Shown piece after piece: positions 7,723 to 16,261 of a stretch of DNA of 32,000 nt. Every line of letters begins with the position of its first letter. The stretch's first letter is position 1. Below the pieces are notes generated by a model, which saw only the letters and a list, made by a program, of their open reading frames with translations, was not told the origin of the DNA and searched no databases. The stretch is from Microcystis aeruginosa NIES-843 (GTDB taxonomy: Bacteria > Cyanobacteriota > Cyanobacteriia > Cyanobacteriales > Microcystaceae), in contig NC_010296.1 of the NCBI RefSeq assembly GCF_000010625.1, positions 4,290,001-4,322,000 on the forward strand, given 5' to 3'. A program made the position numbers and the translations under genes.

Positions 7723-8580
7723 TTATAACTTGCGTTCGTAACTTAACAAGGTATTTTTTAATAACATTGCCACCGTCATCGGACCGACACCCCCGGGGAC
7801 AGGAGTAAGATAACTAGCCACTTCTAAAACCCCAGCATAGTCCACATCGCCCACCAAACGGTCAGCGACGCGATTAATCCCCACATCCACCACCACTGCA
7901 CCAGGTTTTACCATATCTTTAGTGATTAAATTGGCTTTACCGACAGCAGGTACTAAAATATCGGCACTTCTGGTTATTTCTGCCAGATTTTCCGTGCGCG
8001 AGTGAGCAATAGTCACCGTAGCGTTTTCCTCCAATAACATTAAAGCTAAAGGTTTCCCCACTAGAATACTGCGACCCACCACCACCGCGTGCTTACCAGC
8101 TATGGGAATATTATATTCTTTCAGGAGTGCCATGACCCCCGCAGGAGTACAACTGCGGATACAGTCCTCACCCCGCACTAAACCGCCTAAATTGAGAGGA
8201 TGTAAACCATCAGCATCTTTTTTCGGGTCAATTTGGTAGAGAAGGGAAACCGCATCTAAATGCTTAGGTAAGGGTAATTGAATTAAAATCCCGTCCACCC
8301 GCTCATCTTGATTGAGACGGACAATTTCCGCTAAAATTTCTAGTTCACTTGTATCGGTGGAAAAATGACGACCAAAAGAGGCCATACCGATTTTAGTACA
8401 AGCTTTCTCCTTATTGCGGACATAAACGGCACTAGCGGGATTATCCCCCACCATCAACACCGCTAACCCCGGAGGTCGTCCCATTGGAGATTTTAGCGTC
8501 TGGATGCGCTCTCCTAGACCAAGTTGGATTTTTTGAGCTAAGGCTTTCCCGTCGAGAATTTGGCAAGTAGTTACGGACAT
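7723..8580 (-). CDS. folD: bifunctional methylenetetrahydrofolate dehydrogenase/cyclohydrolase FolD
   Basis: [99 protein letters not shown] prefer the ATG at 8580 ([11 protein letters not shown]) over the track start at 8649, because the latter adds 23 non-conserved residues and overlaps the divergent neighbour. Confidence 0.92.
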   Translation of the reverse strand: MSVTTCQILDGKALAQKIQLGLGERIQTLKSPMGRPPGLAVLMVGDNPASAVYVRNKEKACTKIGMASFGRHFSTDTSELEILAEIVRLNQDERVDGILIQLPLPKHLDAVSLLYQIDPKKDADGLHPLNLGGLVRGEDCIRSCTPAGVMALLKEYNIPIAGKHAVVVGRSILVGKPLALMLLEENATVTIAHSRTENLAEITRSADILVPAVGKANLITKDMVKPGAVVVDVGINRVADRLVGDVDYAGVLEVASYLTPVPGGVGPMTVAMLLKNTLLSYERKL

Positions 8581-8642
8581 TCTATGATAATACCGAGAAC
8601 AAAAATCTTTCGGATCTATTCTATGGTCAAAAAGATTGGCTA

Positions 8643-9380
8643 ATGGCACTCGTTAAGGTTAAAGCAAGAATGTCTATTCAGACTCGTGTAGCGCGCATCA
8701 GCAGTTTATTATTATTGCTAGGGTTATTCGGTTGTAGTACCCTTGCTGACCTAGGTATTGCCGTTCCCTACATCGGTGATCCTCCCCTAACAGCGATCGA
8801 GCAATTACAGGAAAAACCAAAAGGCACTTTAGTTTATCTTAGGGGAACCGTGAGCAATTATGCCCCTTTTTTAGCGGGAGGAGCCTATCTTTTGCAGGAT
8901 AAGTCTGGTAAGATTTGGATTCGCACCAATAGCAATAAATTACCCCGTCAAGGCGAAGAAATCGTCATTAAGGGCAAAATTGACTTTGAAGCTATTCCCC
9001 AGGGTTCCCAAACCGTTAACGAATTGTATGTGGTGGAATTAGAACAGATGGATGCAGTAGCGGTTAATTCTCTTCCTACTCCCTCCCCGTCCCCAGAAAT
9101 TAAACCCTCCCCCACCTCAGAAGTTAAACCCCCAGAAAACAATTCTCCCCCGGTTTCAACTAAACCCCTCGAAAATCCCCGACAGGTGACAATTCCCAGC
9201 GCAGCTGAAACGAAACCCCCAGAAACTCCCGTCGTTACCCCCGTTAAACCCAATCCACCCGTGCAACCCGTCGCAGAAGCGATTCCCCCCAAACCCCCCG
9301 CAGTGGTTAAACCCGTCCCAGACCCCCTCGATGCCTTCTTTTTACCCCATAAACAAAGCGAGAAAAACAGTAAACAGTAA
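8643..9380 (+). CDS. putative lipoprotein with an OB-fold-like domain and a Pro-rich C-terminal tail
   Basis: Signal and lipobox [22 protein letters not shown] (the alternative ATG at 8670 is plausible). The segment [28 protein letters not shown] is OB-like. The tail is rich in P, K and V. The stop codon lies inside the CAGTAAA repeat array. Confidence 0.65.
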   Translation: MALVKVKARMSIQTRVARISSLLLLLGLFGCSTLADLGIAVPYIGDPPLTAIEQLQEKPKGTLVYLRGTVSNYAPFLAGGAYLLQDKSGKIWIRTNSNKLPRQGEEIVIKGKIDFEAIPQGSQTVNELYVVELEQMDAVAVNSLPTPSPSPEIKPSPTSEVKPPENNSPPVSTKPLENPRQVTIPSAAETKPPETPVVTPVKPNPPVQPVAEAIPPKPPAVVKPVPDPLDAFFLPHKQSEKNSKQ

Positions 9381-9435
9381 ACAGTAAACAGTAAACAGTA
9401 AACAGTAAACAGTAAACAGTAAACAGTAAACAGTA
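9368..9435 (+). repeat. heptanucleotide tandem repeat (CAGTAAA), 9 full units plus a partial
   Basis: Units indexed at 9368, 9375 ... 9424. Three consecutive units supply TAA in all three forward frames. Confidence 0.95.
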
Positions 9436-9448
9436 GCGGGGCAAACAG

Positions 9449-9809
9449 ATGGAGAGTAAAGTTTATGACAAAGCTTATAAATTTGCCCTTAGGATTGTTA
9501 AAGGCTATAAATATTTTTGTGAGACTAAACAAGAATATATTTTGTCAAAACAGTTATTAAGGAGTGGCACTTCAATCGGGGCTAACATTTCCGAGGCTAA
9601 TGGAGCTATTTCTAACGCTGATTTTCGAGCTAAAATGTCAATAGCTTATGAAGGAATGTCTAGAAACAAAGTATTGGCTGTCTCTATTGAAAGACACGAA
9701 TTACATAGAGGAAAGAGCCTTTCAAAGTATCAATGATGATGCGGAGGAAATTGGTAAAATGCTTTGGGCTATTCTAAAAACCTGCCAAGAAAATACCAAA
9801 AACCAATAA
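9449..9809 (+). pseudogene. four-helix-bundle protein (23S rRNA intervening-sequence protein family) interrupted by a 1-nt frameshift near 9650
   Basis: Frame 1 gives MESKVYDKAYKFALRIVK...SKQLLRSGTSIGANISEANGAISNADFRAKMSIAY and then degenerates. Shifting +1 after 9649 gives KECLETKYWLSLLKDTNYIEERAFQSINDDAEEIGKMLWAILKTCQENTKNQ*, ending at 9807-9809. That is the expected continuation (KE..ETKYWL) for this family. Confidence 0.8.
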
Positions 9810-9842
9810 CTGATAACTGATAACTGATAACTGATAACTGAT
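9810..9842 (+). repeat. heptanucleotide tandem repeat (CTGATAA), 4 full units plus the partial CTGAT
   Basis: Units at 9810, 9817, 9824 and 9831. The last partial unit, CTGATG, supplies the ATG of the NUDIX gene at 9841. Confidence 0.95.
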
Positions 9843-10260
9843 GATATTTGTTGCTTTGGCGATTTTGGAACAGGACGGTCGATTTTTAATGCAGTTGCGC
9901 GACGACATCCCGACGATTCTCTATCCGGGGGTGTGGGGTTTATTTGGTGGTCACTTAGAAGCGGGTGAAAGTCCAGAAATAGGGTTAAAACGAGAGTTAA
10001 AAGAAGAAATTAACTACGAAGCGCCTAGTTTACGCTATTTTCGCTCTTATAACGATGATAATCTCTCTCGTTATCTTTATCATGTACCCCTGACCTTGGG
10101 ATTAGAAAAATTAGTGCAAACAGAAGGACAAGATTTAGCTTTATTACCTCCGGCTGCCATCCGTCAAGGGGAATACTACTCCGAGAAGATTAATCAGACT
10201 CGTTCTTTAGGAAAAATTCATCGCCAGATATTACTCGATTTTCTAGAAGTAGAATTATAG
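9841..10260 (+). CDS. NUDIX hydrolase
   Basis: Nudix box GGHLEAGESPEIGLKRELKEEINY (GX5EX7REUXEEXGU pattern); 139 aa. Confidence 0.85.
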   Translation: MIFVALAILEQDGRFLMQLRDDIPTILYPGVWGLFGGHLEAGESPEIGLKRELKEEINYEAPSLRYFRSYNDDNLSRYLYHVPLTLGLEKLVQTEGQDLALLPPAAIRQGEYYSEKINQTRSLGKIHRQILLDFLEVEL

Positions 10261-10360
10261 TGGATATTAGAGCCAGACAAGGAACTCCCCTATCTATACG
10301 AAAGTCGTAGTTAACACTGCTCCTCACCTCCCTCGAAGGCAAAATGCTCCCGCTTTTTGA

Positions 10361-11728
10361 ATGGCTTTATCTAAACGTCAATCTTATTTTGGCTTTGTCT
10401 TTATGAACCAGTCGCGTCCCTCGTTCGTTTCCGTGCAGAAACTCCTATCTGGAGGTGCGATCGCTACCCTAGCAGTTAGTTCCCTGATGGTCCTTACCCC
10501 CGCAGCCAAAGGGGAAAAACCCTTAGAAGATAACCCGAAAGCAGTCATCGACCAGGTTTGGCAAATTGTTAATAATGAATTTGTAGATCGTAGTTTTCAT
10601 CAAATCGATTGGCAAAAAAAACGTCAAGAATTGTTAAGCAGAAATTATACTAATCCCCAACAAGCTTACACGGCAATTCGGGAAGCTTTAAAGGAATTGG
10701 GTGATACTTATACCCGTTTTTTAACTCCTAGGGAATTTTCTGTCCTCACCAGTCAAACTTCCGGAGAATTATCGGGAATTGGGGTACGTTTAGCCCTTGA
10801 TAAACGCACTAGCGATCTGGTCGTTGTCGATACGGTGAAAAAATCCCCCGCCAAGGAAGCAGGAGTAAAAAGCGGCGATCGCCTGATCAGAATTAATGGC
10901 AAACCCACCGCTTTAATGACCTTAGAACAAGCAATGGAAGCTCTACAGGGAGCAGTGGGTACTAGCGTTAGTTTACAGCTTGCCCGTCCCGATCGAGGGG
11001 TATTTGAAGTGACTTTGACCCGGGTAGATATCGAAATCCCCTCGGTTAGCTATACCCTTAAACAGGAAGGTGGGGTGAAAGTTGGTTATATCAAACTGGA
11101 TGAATTTAGTTCCCACGCAGCCGAACAAATGAAAGAGGCGATCGAGGAATTAAGTCAACAACAGGTATCCGGCTATGTTCTCGATCTGCGGGGCAACCCC
11201 GGCGGGTTACTATTTGCTAGTGTCGATATCGCTCGTATGTGGATGAAACAGGGCAAAATCGTTAGCACCATCGATCGACGAGGCGGTGATCGCCAATTTA
11301 TCGCCAATAACACCGCTATTACCGATTTACCCCTCGTGGTCTTGGTCAATAAAGGTTCCGCCAGCGCCAGCGAAATCCTCGCCGGGGCGCTGAAAGAAAA
11401 TGGCCGGGCGACTTTAGTCGGTACATCGACCTATGGCAAGAGTACCGTCCAATCGGTACACACCCTCTCCGATGGTTCCGGTTTAGCGGTGACAATTGCC
11501 CGTTATTATCCCCCCAACGGCGAAAATATCTACAAAAAAGGCATTAAACCCGATGTGCAGATCGAGTTAACCCAGGAACAACAGCTGCGCTTCCGCGATG
11601 ATCCTTCTTTGGTGGGAACTAAGGATGATCCCCAGTACCAACAGGCGATCTCACTCCTACAATCCCATAATGTTAAACGTCCTGGCACTAGCAATCTCAA
11701 TAATCCTTTGAGTAGTCGAGCTGAATAA
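10361..11728 (+). CDS. carboxyl-terminal processing protease (peptidase S41, Ctp family) with a PDZ domain
   Basis: GIGVRL..PDZ-like AKEAGVKSGDRLIRINGKP..GYIKLDEFS..LDLRGNPGGLL..VVLVNKGSASASEILAGALKENGRATLVGTSTYGKSTVQSV. The start could be the Met at aa 15. Confidence 0.9.
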   Translation: MALSKRQSYFGFVFMNQSRPSFVSVQKLLSGGAIATLAVSSLMVLTPAAKGEKPLEDNPKAVIDQVWQIVNNEFVDRSFHQIDWQKKRQELLSRNYTNPQQAYTAIREALKELGDTYTRFLTPREFSVLTSQTSGELSGIGVRLALDKRTSDLVVVDTVKKSPAKEAGVKSGDRLIRINGKPTALMTLEQAMEALQGAVGTSVSLQLARPDRGVFEVTLTRVDIEIPSVSYTLKQEGGVKVGYIKLDEFSSHAAEQMKEAIEELSQQQVSGYVLDLRGNPGGLLFASVDIARMWMKQGKIVSTIDRRGGDRQFIANNTAITDLPLVVLVNKGSASASEILAGALKENGRATLVGTSTYGKSTVQSVHTLSDGSGLAVTIARYYPPNGENIYKKGIKPDVQIELTQEQQLRFRDDPSLVGTKDDPQYQQAISLLQSHNVKRPGTSNLNNPLSSRAE

Positions 11729-11783
11729 TTGTCCTCAATAATGTCTAAGTAGGTAGGTGGAATTAAATATAAGATGAACGTAG

Positions 11784-11808
11784 GTTGGGTTGAAGCATGA
11801 AACCCAAC
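11784..11808. repeat. small hairpin repeat GTTGGGTT-GAAGCATGA-AACCCAAC
   Basis: Read directly. It resembles a dispersed cyanobacterial palindromic element. Confidence 0.6.
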
Positions 11809-11887
11809 GCCCGCTCATGTTACGCTACCGCTAACCCATCCTACAAATAATTGTGCCTCCCTACTTAGGGTTTGCGGCAAAAAGTAC

Positions 11888-11951
11888 GGGCGAAGCATTC
11901 GGATAGAAAATCTACGTTTCACCGATAGGTTATTGCCCGAATGCTTCGCCC
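11888..11951. repeat. long hairpin element with a 15-bp perfect stem, GGGCGAAGCATTCGG ... CCGAATGCTTCGCCC, and a 34-nt loop
   Basis: Stems indexed at 11888-11902 and 11937-11951. It is MITE-like or REP-like, in the ctp-recR spacer. Confidence 0.7.
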
Positions 11952-12105
11952 CTACAGGACACGGGCCGATGAAGACGCAAGGTGTTGAAGCACGATTCTT
12001 TCAAAATCTTGCACCTGTTTCACGAGAAAAGCCACAAAACCCTTACCTTGCCTACATTTCACATTTATTCAGCAAACCCTACTTAATCCCAACCTTGGCG
12101 AGATT

Positions 12106-12672
12106 TTACAATTCCCGACGACCTTCTAAAGCTCTCGCTAAAGTTACTTCATCAGCGTATTCTAGATCGCCGCCCATCGGCAACCCAAAAGCGATACGGG
12201 TAACTTTAGTGAAGGGTTTCAGTAAACCCCCGATATACAAAGTCGTGGTTTCCCCTTCGACACTGGGACTGATAGCTAAAATAACTTCCTGAATTTTTTT
12301 CTGGCTGACTCTGGTGACTAAAGACTGTATATTTAATTGATCTGGACCAATCCCATCCATGGGTGAGATGACACCCCCTAAAACGTGATATTTGCCCGAA
12401 TATTCCCTTGTTTTCTCCAAAGCAATCACATCTCTGGAGTCAGCTACCACACAGATAGTCCCCGTTTCTCGGTTAGGATTGCGGCAAATTTCGCAGATTG
12501 GTTCGGCCGAAAGATGAAAACAAACCTGACATAATCCTACTTGTTTTTTCGCTGCTACGATCGCCTGGGCCAATTCGATCGCATCTTGTTCCGGTCGTTT
12601 GAGAATATAGAGGGCCAGACGTTGAGCGCTTTTGGGTCCCACCCCGGGTAATTTTTGTAACTGCTCGATCAA
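12106..12672 (-). CDS. recR: recombination protein RecR
   Basis: [16 protein letters not shown] (HhH), the zinc-finger cysteines [16 protein letters not shown], the Toprim segment [28 protein letters not shown], and the C-terminus [21 protein letters not shown]. The track start is a TTG. Conserved residues continue upstream (see findings). Confidence 0.92.
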   Translation of the reverse strand: MIEQLQKLPGVGPKSAQRLALYILKRPEQDAIELAQAIVAAKKQVGLCQVCFHLSAEPICEICRNPNRETGTICVVADSRDVIALEKTREYSGKYHVLGGVISPMDGIGPDQLNIQSLVTRVSQKKIQEVILAISPSVEGETTTLYIGGLLKPFTKVTRIAFGLPMGGDLEYADEVTLARALEGRREL

Positions 12673-12710
12673 ACGAGCTAAAGGCGGTGTATAAATAGCA
12701 GTTAATCCTC

Positions 12711-12745
12711 TTATCAGTTATCAGTTATCAGTTATCAGTTATCAG
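12711..12745 (-). repeat. heptanucleotide tandem repeat, 5 units of TTATCAG on the plus strand (CTGATAA on the minus strand)
   Basis: Units at 12711, 12718, 12725, 12732 and 12739. On the minus strand the array lies just upstream of recR. Confidence 0.95.
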
Positions 12746-12794
12746 ATTTGAGTTTTCAAGTGAGCAGTGTTACATGGAAGTTTCCTGCTGTCTT

Positions 12795-12822
12795 TTCACT
12801 GTTTACTGCTCACTGTTTACTA
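12795..12822 (-). repeat. degenerate heptamer array TTCACTG TTTACTG CTCACTG TTTACTA (CAGTAAA-type on the minus strand)
   Basis: Read directly. It abuts the stop codon of the 12824-13357 gene. Confidence 0.8.
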
Positions 12823-12823
12823 A

Positions 12824-13357
12824 CTAAGACCTTTTTGGTAAACGGACATCGATAACACTGGTGTTGAAATTATAATTATCTCCTTCTAACTCGATTAAAG
12901 TGCCAATTTTCACCTTTTGACCGCCAACAACCGCACCAGTATCAGTAACTTCCGCTTGACCACTGAGAGTCATAATCATATCTTGAGAATAGTTTTCCGT
13001 GCGGGGATCGGGTAGGACTTTCACACTACCATCCGGCTGCGGAACTAAGACATTTCTCGCTAAAGGTTTAACATTTTTTATATCCACTTGACCAGCCGGT
13101 TGATTACGAATAACAATATTAGTTTTCTTCTCGGTATTGAATTGATTAATCAAAGCATTGGGATTGAGAACACTTAAACCCCGGACAATAACATCCACTT
13201 CTATGGGTTCTTTGGTAACTTGAGCGATGGTACTTTTACCACTTGTCCCCGGTACAACAAAAATACCGATAATTGTCAATAAAATTACTAAGGCTGCTCC
13301 AATATCAAGCAAGCTAAATTTACCGAATAAACGTCCTTTTGAGTCTAATAACTGCAT
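12824..13357 (-). CDS. conserved cyanobacterial membrane-anchored protein (DUF4330-like)
   Basis: 177 aa. The N-terminus MQLLDSKGRLFGKFSLLDIGAALVILLTIIGIFVVPG matches my recollection of the DUF4330 family. The family name is unverified. Confidence 0.6.
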   Translation of the reverse strand: MQLLDSKGRLFGKFSLLDIGAALVILLTIIGIFVVPGTSGKSTIAQVTKEPIEVDVIVRGLSVLNPNALINQFNTEKKTNIVIRNQPAGQVDIKNVKPLARNVLVPQPDGSVKVLPDPRTENYSQDMIMTLSGQAEVTDTGAVVGGQKVKIGTLIELEGDNYNFNTSVIDVRLPKRS

Positions 13358-13497
13358 AGCCTTGAATTTATATAGATGACTATTCCTAGAGATCGAGCCT
13401 AGAGAGTAAATTCTATCATGATCAGAATCTTGGTCGCAGACAGGAAGTCTGACTTAAGATAGAAGATCGGAGTCTCACACGGAGCGATCGATAGACA

Positions 13498-15537
13498 ATG
13501 GCGGGTAAAACTCAACTTAAGAAACAAGAAAAGCAATTATCTCAACTTGATCTGACCCCTTCTGACGGTAACAACCTCGAAAAAGTTGCCCCCGTCAAAC
13601 ATTGGTCGATCGAAGATAGCGAAAATCTCTATCGCATCCAAGGCTGGGGAGAACCCTATTTCTCGATCAATGCCGCAGGAAATATTACCGTCTCGCCTCA
13701 GGGAGAAAGGGGCGGTTCTTTGGACTTATACGAGTTAGTTTCGGCGATTAAGCGGCGAAATATCGGTTTACCCCTGTTAATTCGGTTTAGTGACATCCTT
13801 GAGGATCGGATCGAGCGCCTGAATGCCTGTTTTAGCCGAGCGATCGCCCGTTATAATTATCCCAATGTCTATCGCGGTGTCTATCCGATCAAGTGCAATC
13901 AACACCGTCACATCGTCGAGTCTTTAGTGCGTTTTGGTAAACCCTATCAATTTGGGTTGGAGGCTGGTTCAAAACCAGAGCTAATGATTGCTTTAGCTAC
14001 CCTAGAACCAGCCTTAAACGGCAAAAATGACAAAACACAACCATTGCTAATTTGTAACGGCTATAAGGACAAAGAATACATCGAAACCGCTCTTTTGACC
14101 ACTCGTCTCGGTCATCGGCCTTTGATTGTCATCGAACAATTGGAAGAATTATATTTAACCCTGCGGGTCAGTCGTCAGTTAGGAATTGCCCCACATTTGG
14201 GAGTGCGTGCGAAACTGGGGACAAAAGGGGTGGGCCGTTGGGGATGTTCCACGGGAGACCGGGCAAAATTCGGTTTAACCGTCCCGGAAATCTTGACGGT
14301 GGTGACGGAATTAGAACAAGCGGGGATGTTAGATTGTCTGCAACTGCTGCACTATCATATCGGGTCGCAAATCTCCGCTATTAGCGTCATTAAGGATGCT
14401 ATTCGCGAAGCTAGTCAGATTTATGTGGAATTAGCGAAATTAGGGGCAAATATGACCTATCTCGATGTGGGGGGTGGTTTAGGGGTCGATTACGATGGCT
14501 CAAAAACTAACTTCTACGCCTCAAAAAACTACAATATGCAGAATTATGCCAATGATATCGTGGCCGAGGTCAAGGAAGCTTGTGAAGATGCCCAGATTTC
14601 ACCCCCAATTCTCATCAGTGAAAGTGGCCGGGCGATCGCTTCTCATCAATCGGTGTTAGTCTTTGATATCTTGGGAAGTAGTGAGGTTCCCCAAAACCCT
14701 CCCGATCCCTGCAATGGGAAAGAACACCTCATCCTCCGTAATCTCTGGGAAACCTACACGGGTATCGATGAGCGCAATTATCAGGAAGCTTATCACGATG
14801 CGGGACAGTTCAAAGAGGAGGCGATTAGTCTGTTTAATTTCGGTTATCTCAGTCTCAAGGAACGAGCTAGAGCCGAACAATTGTACTGGGCTTGTTGTCA
14901 CAAAATTCTGCAAGTGGCCCGACAAGAGGATTATGTTCCCGATGACTTGGAAGACTTAGAGCAAATTATGGCCTCAATTTATTATGCCAATCTCTCGGTT
15001 TTTCAGTCAGTTCCCGATAGTTGGGCGATCGATCAACTATTTCCAATTATGCCGATCCATCGTCTTGATCGAGAACCTACTCAAAGAGGAATTCTCGCCG
15101 ATTTAACCTGTGATAGTGACGGGAAAATTGCCCAGTTTATCGATTTGCGCGGGGACATAAAATCAGTTTTAGAATTGCATCCGTTGGAGTACAAAAACGG
15201 GAAACATTCTCCAGAACCCTATTATCTAGGAATGTTTTTGGTGGGTGCTTATCAAGAGATTATGGGCAATTTACATAATCTTTTTGGCGATACTAACGTG
15301 GTACATATTCAGATGAGTCCCAAGGGGTACGATATCGAGTATCTAGTCAAAGGAGATACGATCACGGAAGTATTAAGTTATGTGCAGTATTCTGCGGAAG
15401 ACCTGTTAGAAAGAATTCGTCTTCGTTGTGAACAAGCTTTGCAGGAAAATCGCATGACTGTGGAAGAATCCCAGTTACTACTACAGGATTATGAACGCAG
15501 TTTGCGACGTTATACCTATCTAGTGGGTGGGGATTAA
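13498..15537 (+). CDS. speA: biosynthetic arginine decarboxylase
   Basis: 679 aa. WSIEDSENLYRIQGWGEPYFSINAAGNITV, YPIKCNQ, LEAGSKPEL, HYHIGSQI and DVGGGLGVDYDG are typical of SpeA (PLP-dependent, group IV decarboxylase). Confidence 0.93.
   Translation: MAGKTQLKKQEKQLSQLDLTPSDGNNLEKVAPVKHWSIEDSENLYRIQGWGEPYFSINAAGNITVSPQGERGGSLDLYELVSAIKRRNIGLPLLIRFSDILEDRIERLNACFSRAIARYNYPNVYRGVYPIKCNQHRHIVESLVRFGKPYQFGLEAGSKPELMIALATLEPALNGKNDKTQPLLICNGYKDKEYIETALLTTRLGHRPLIVIEQLEELYLTLRVSRQLGIAPHLGVRAKLGTKGVGRWGCSTGDRAKFGLTVPEILTVVTELEQAGMLDCLQLLHYHIGSQISAISVIKDAIREASQIYVELAKLGANMTYLDVGGGLGVDYDGSKTNFYASKNYNMQNYANDIVAEVKEACEDAQISPPILISESGRAIASHQSVLVFDILGSSEVPQNPPDPCNGKEHLILRNLWETYTGIDERNYQEAYHDAGQFKEEAISLFNFGYLSLKERARAEQLYWACCHKILQVARQEDYVPDDLEDLEQIMASIYYANLSVFQSVPDSWAIDQLFPIMPIHRLDREPTQRGILADLTCDSDGKIAQFIDLRGDIKSVLELHPLEYKNGKHSPEPYYLGMFLVGAYQEIMGNLHNLFGDTNVVHIQMSPKGYDIEYLVKGDTITEVLSYVQYSAEDLLERIRLRCEQALQENRMTVEESQLLLQDYERSLRRYTYLVGGD
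15494..15535 (+). repeat. direct repeat copy 1 (last 42 bp of speA)
   Basis: AACGCAGTTTGCGACGTTATACCTATCTAGTGGGTGGGGATT recurs at 22011-22052 with one mismatch (T/C). Confidence 0.9.
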
Positions 15538-16261
15538 TAGAGGTTACTTGTGGGGGAAATTTAGCTCATTTTCCCTTTTTAAAGCATTGATCGCAGAATT
15601 TTGGGCTAATGCTACCTCTGGTAGTACATTTATATGTATTTTCTCACTCCTTTCTTGCCGTCCCGCAGGAGGGAAGCGACATCAACATCTATTTCGTAAA
15701 AATTTAGTTACAAATACTTTGCGATTTGTGTCAATAACTTGCTACCTGCTACTTTTGCTACAGGAAATAGGTACAATTGCTGGTAGAGAAAGAATCTTTA
15801 TTGAGGCACCAAAGACCCAGGCAGTGCATACGATTAGATCGCACCCCCAGTGTATATCAATCAAAGTTTTTACCTGACTTATATACTATGCGATTGTACT
15901 GTCCAAGTCAACATGGTGAAAGGCCATGAATACAGGATCACAGACGAATTTAGTAAGCAGAAACCGCTTCCACCGGCGAGCTTCTCTGAATTTTAACTAG
16001 GATTTTTCTATTTCTGCTGAATTACCGCCACTTGATCACGAGTCCATCTATTCCCTGCATCGTGTAGTCTCAAGCGTGAGTGGCAATGATAGTCAAGAGT
16101 CGTCCCCGACCTTGGCAGAGATGAATTTTGCCGTGAGCGAGACTAAATCGACGGTAAGGCGGGGGCAGATATCGAAATAACCCCCAACTCCTCAGAAATA
16201 AGTATCGACAGTTAGGAACCAACCCCTGACCTCACATCTGAAGCACTCAAGGAGAAAAAAT

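Noticed and set aside
8948-9532. 194-aa minus-strand ORF
   Set aside because: It is antisense to the Pro-rich tail of the lipoprotein gene. It also runs through the heptamer array, producing LLFTVYC repeats, so it is an artefact.
11933-12292. 119-aa plus-strand ORF
   Set aside because: It starts inside a hairpin repeat and runs antisense to the recR 3' end. No motif is present.
14656-14959. Two ORFs (89 and 98 aa) inside speA
   Set aside because: They are internal or antisense to a strongly supported 679-aa gene.
15527-15877. 116-aa ORF immediately after speA
   Set aside because: It overlaps the speA stop and has no ribosome-binding site. The sequence is Cys/Leu/Phe-rich and unlike any family I recognise. 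I treat the region as the non-coding leader of the inserted block.
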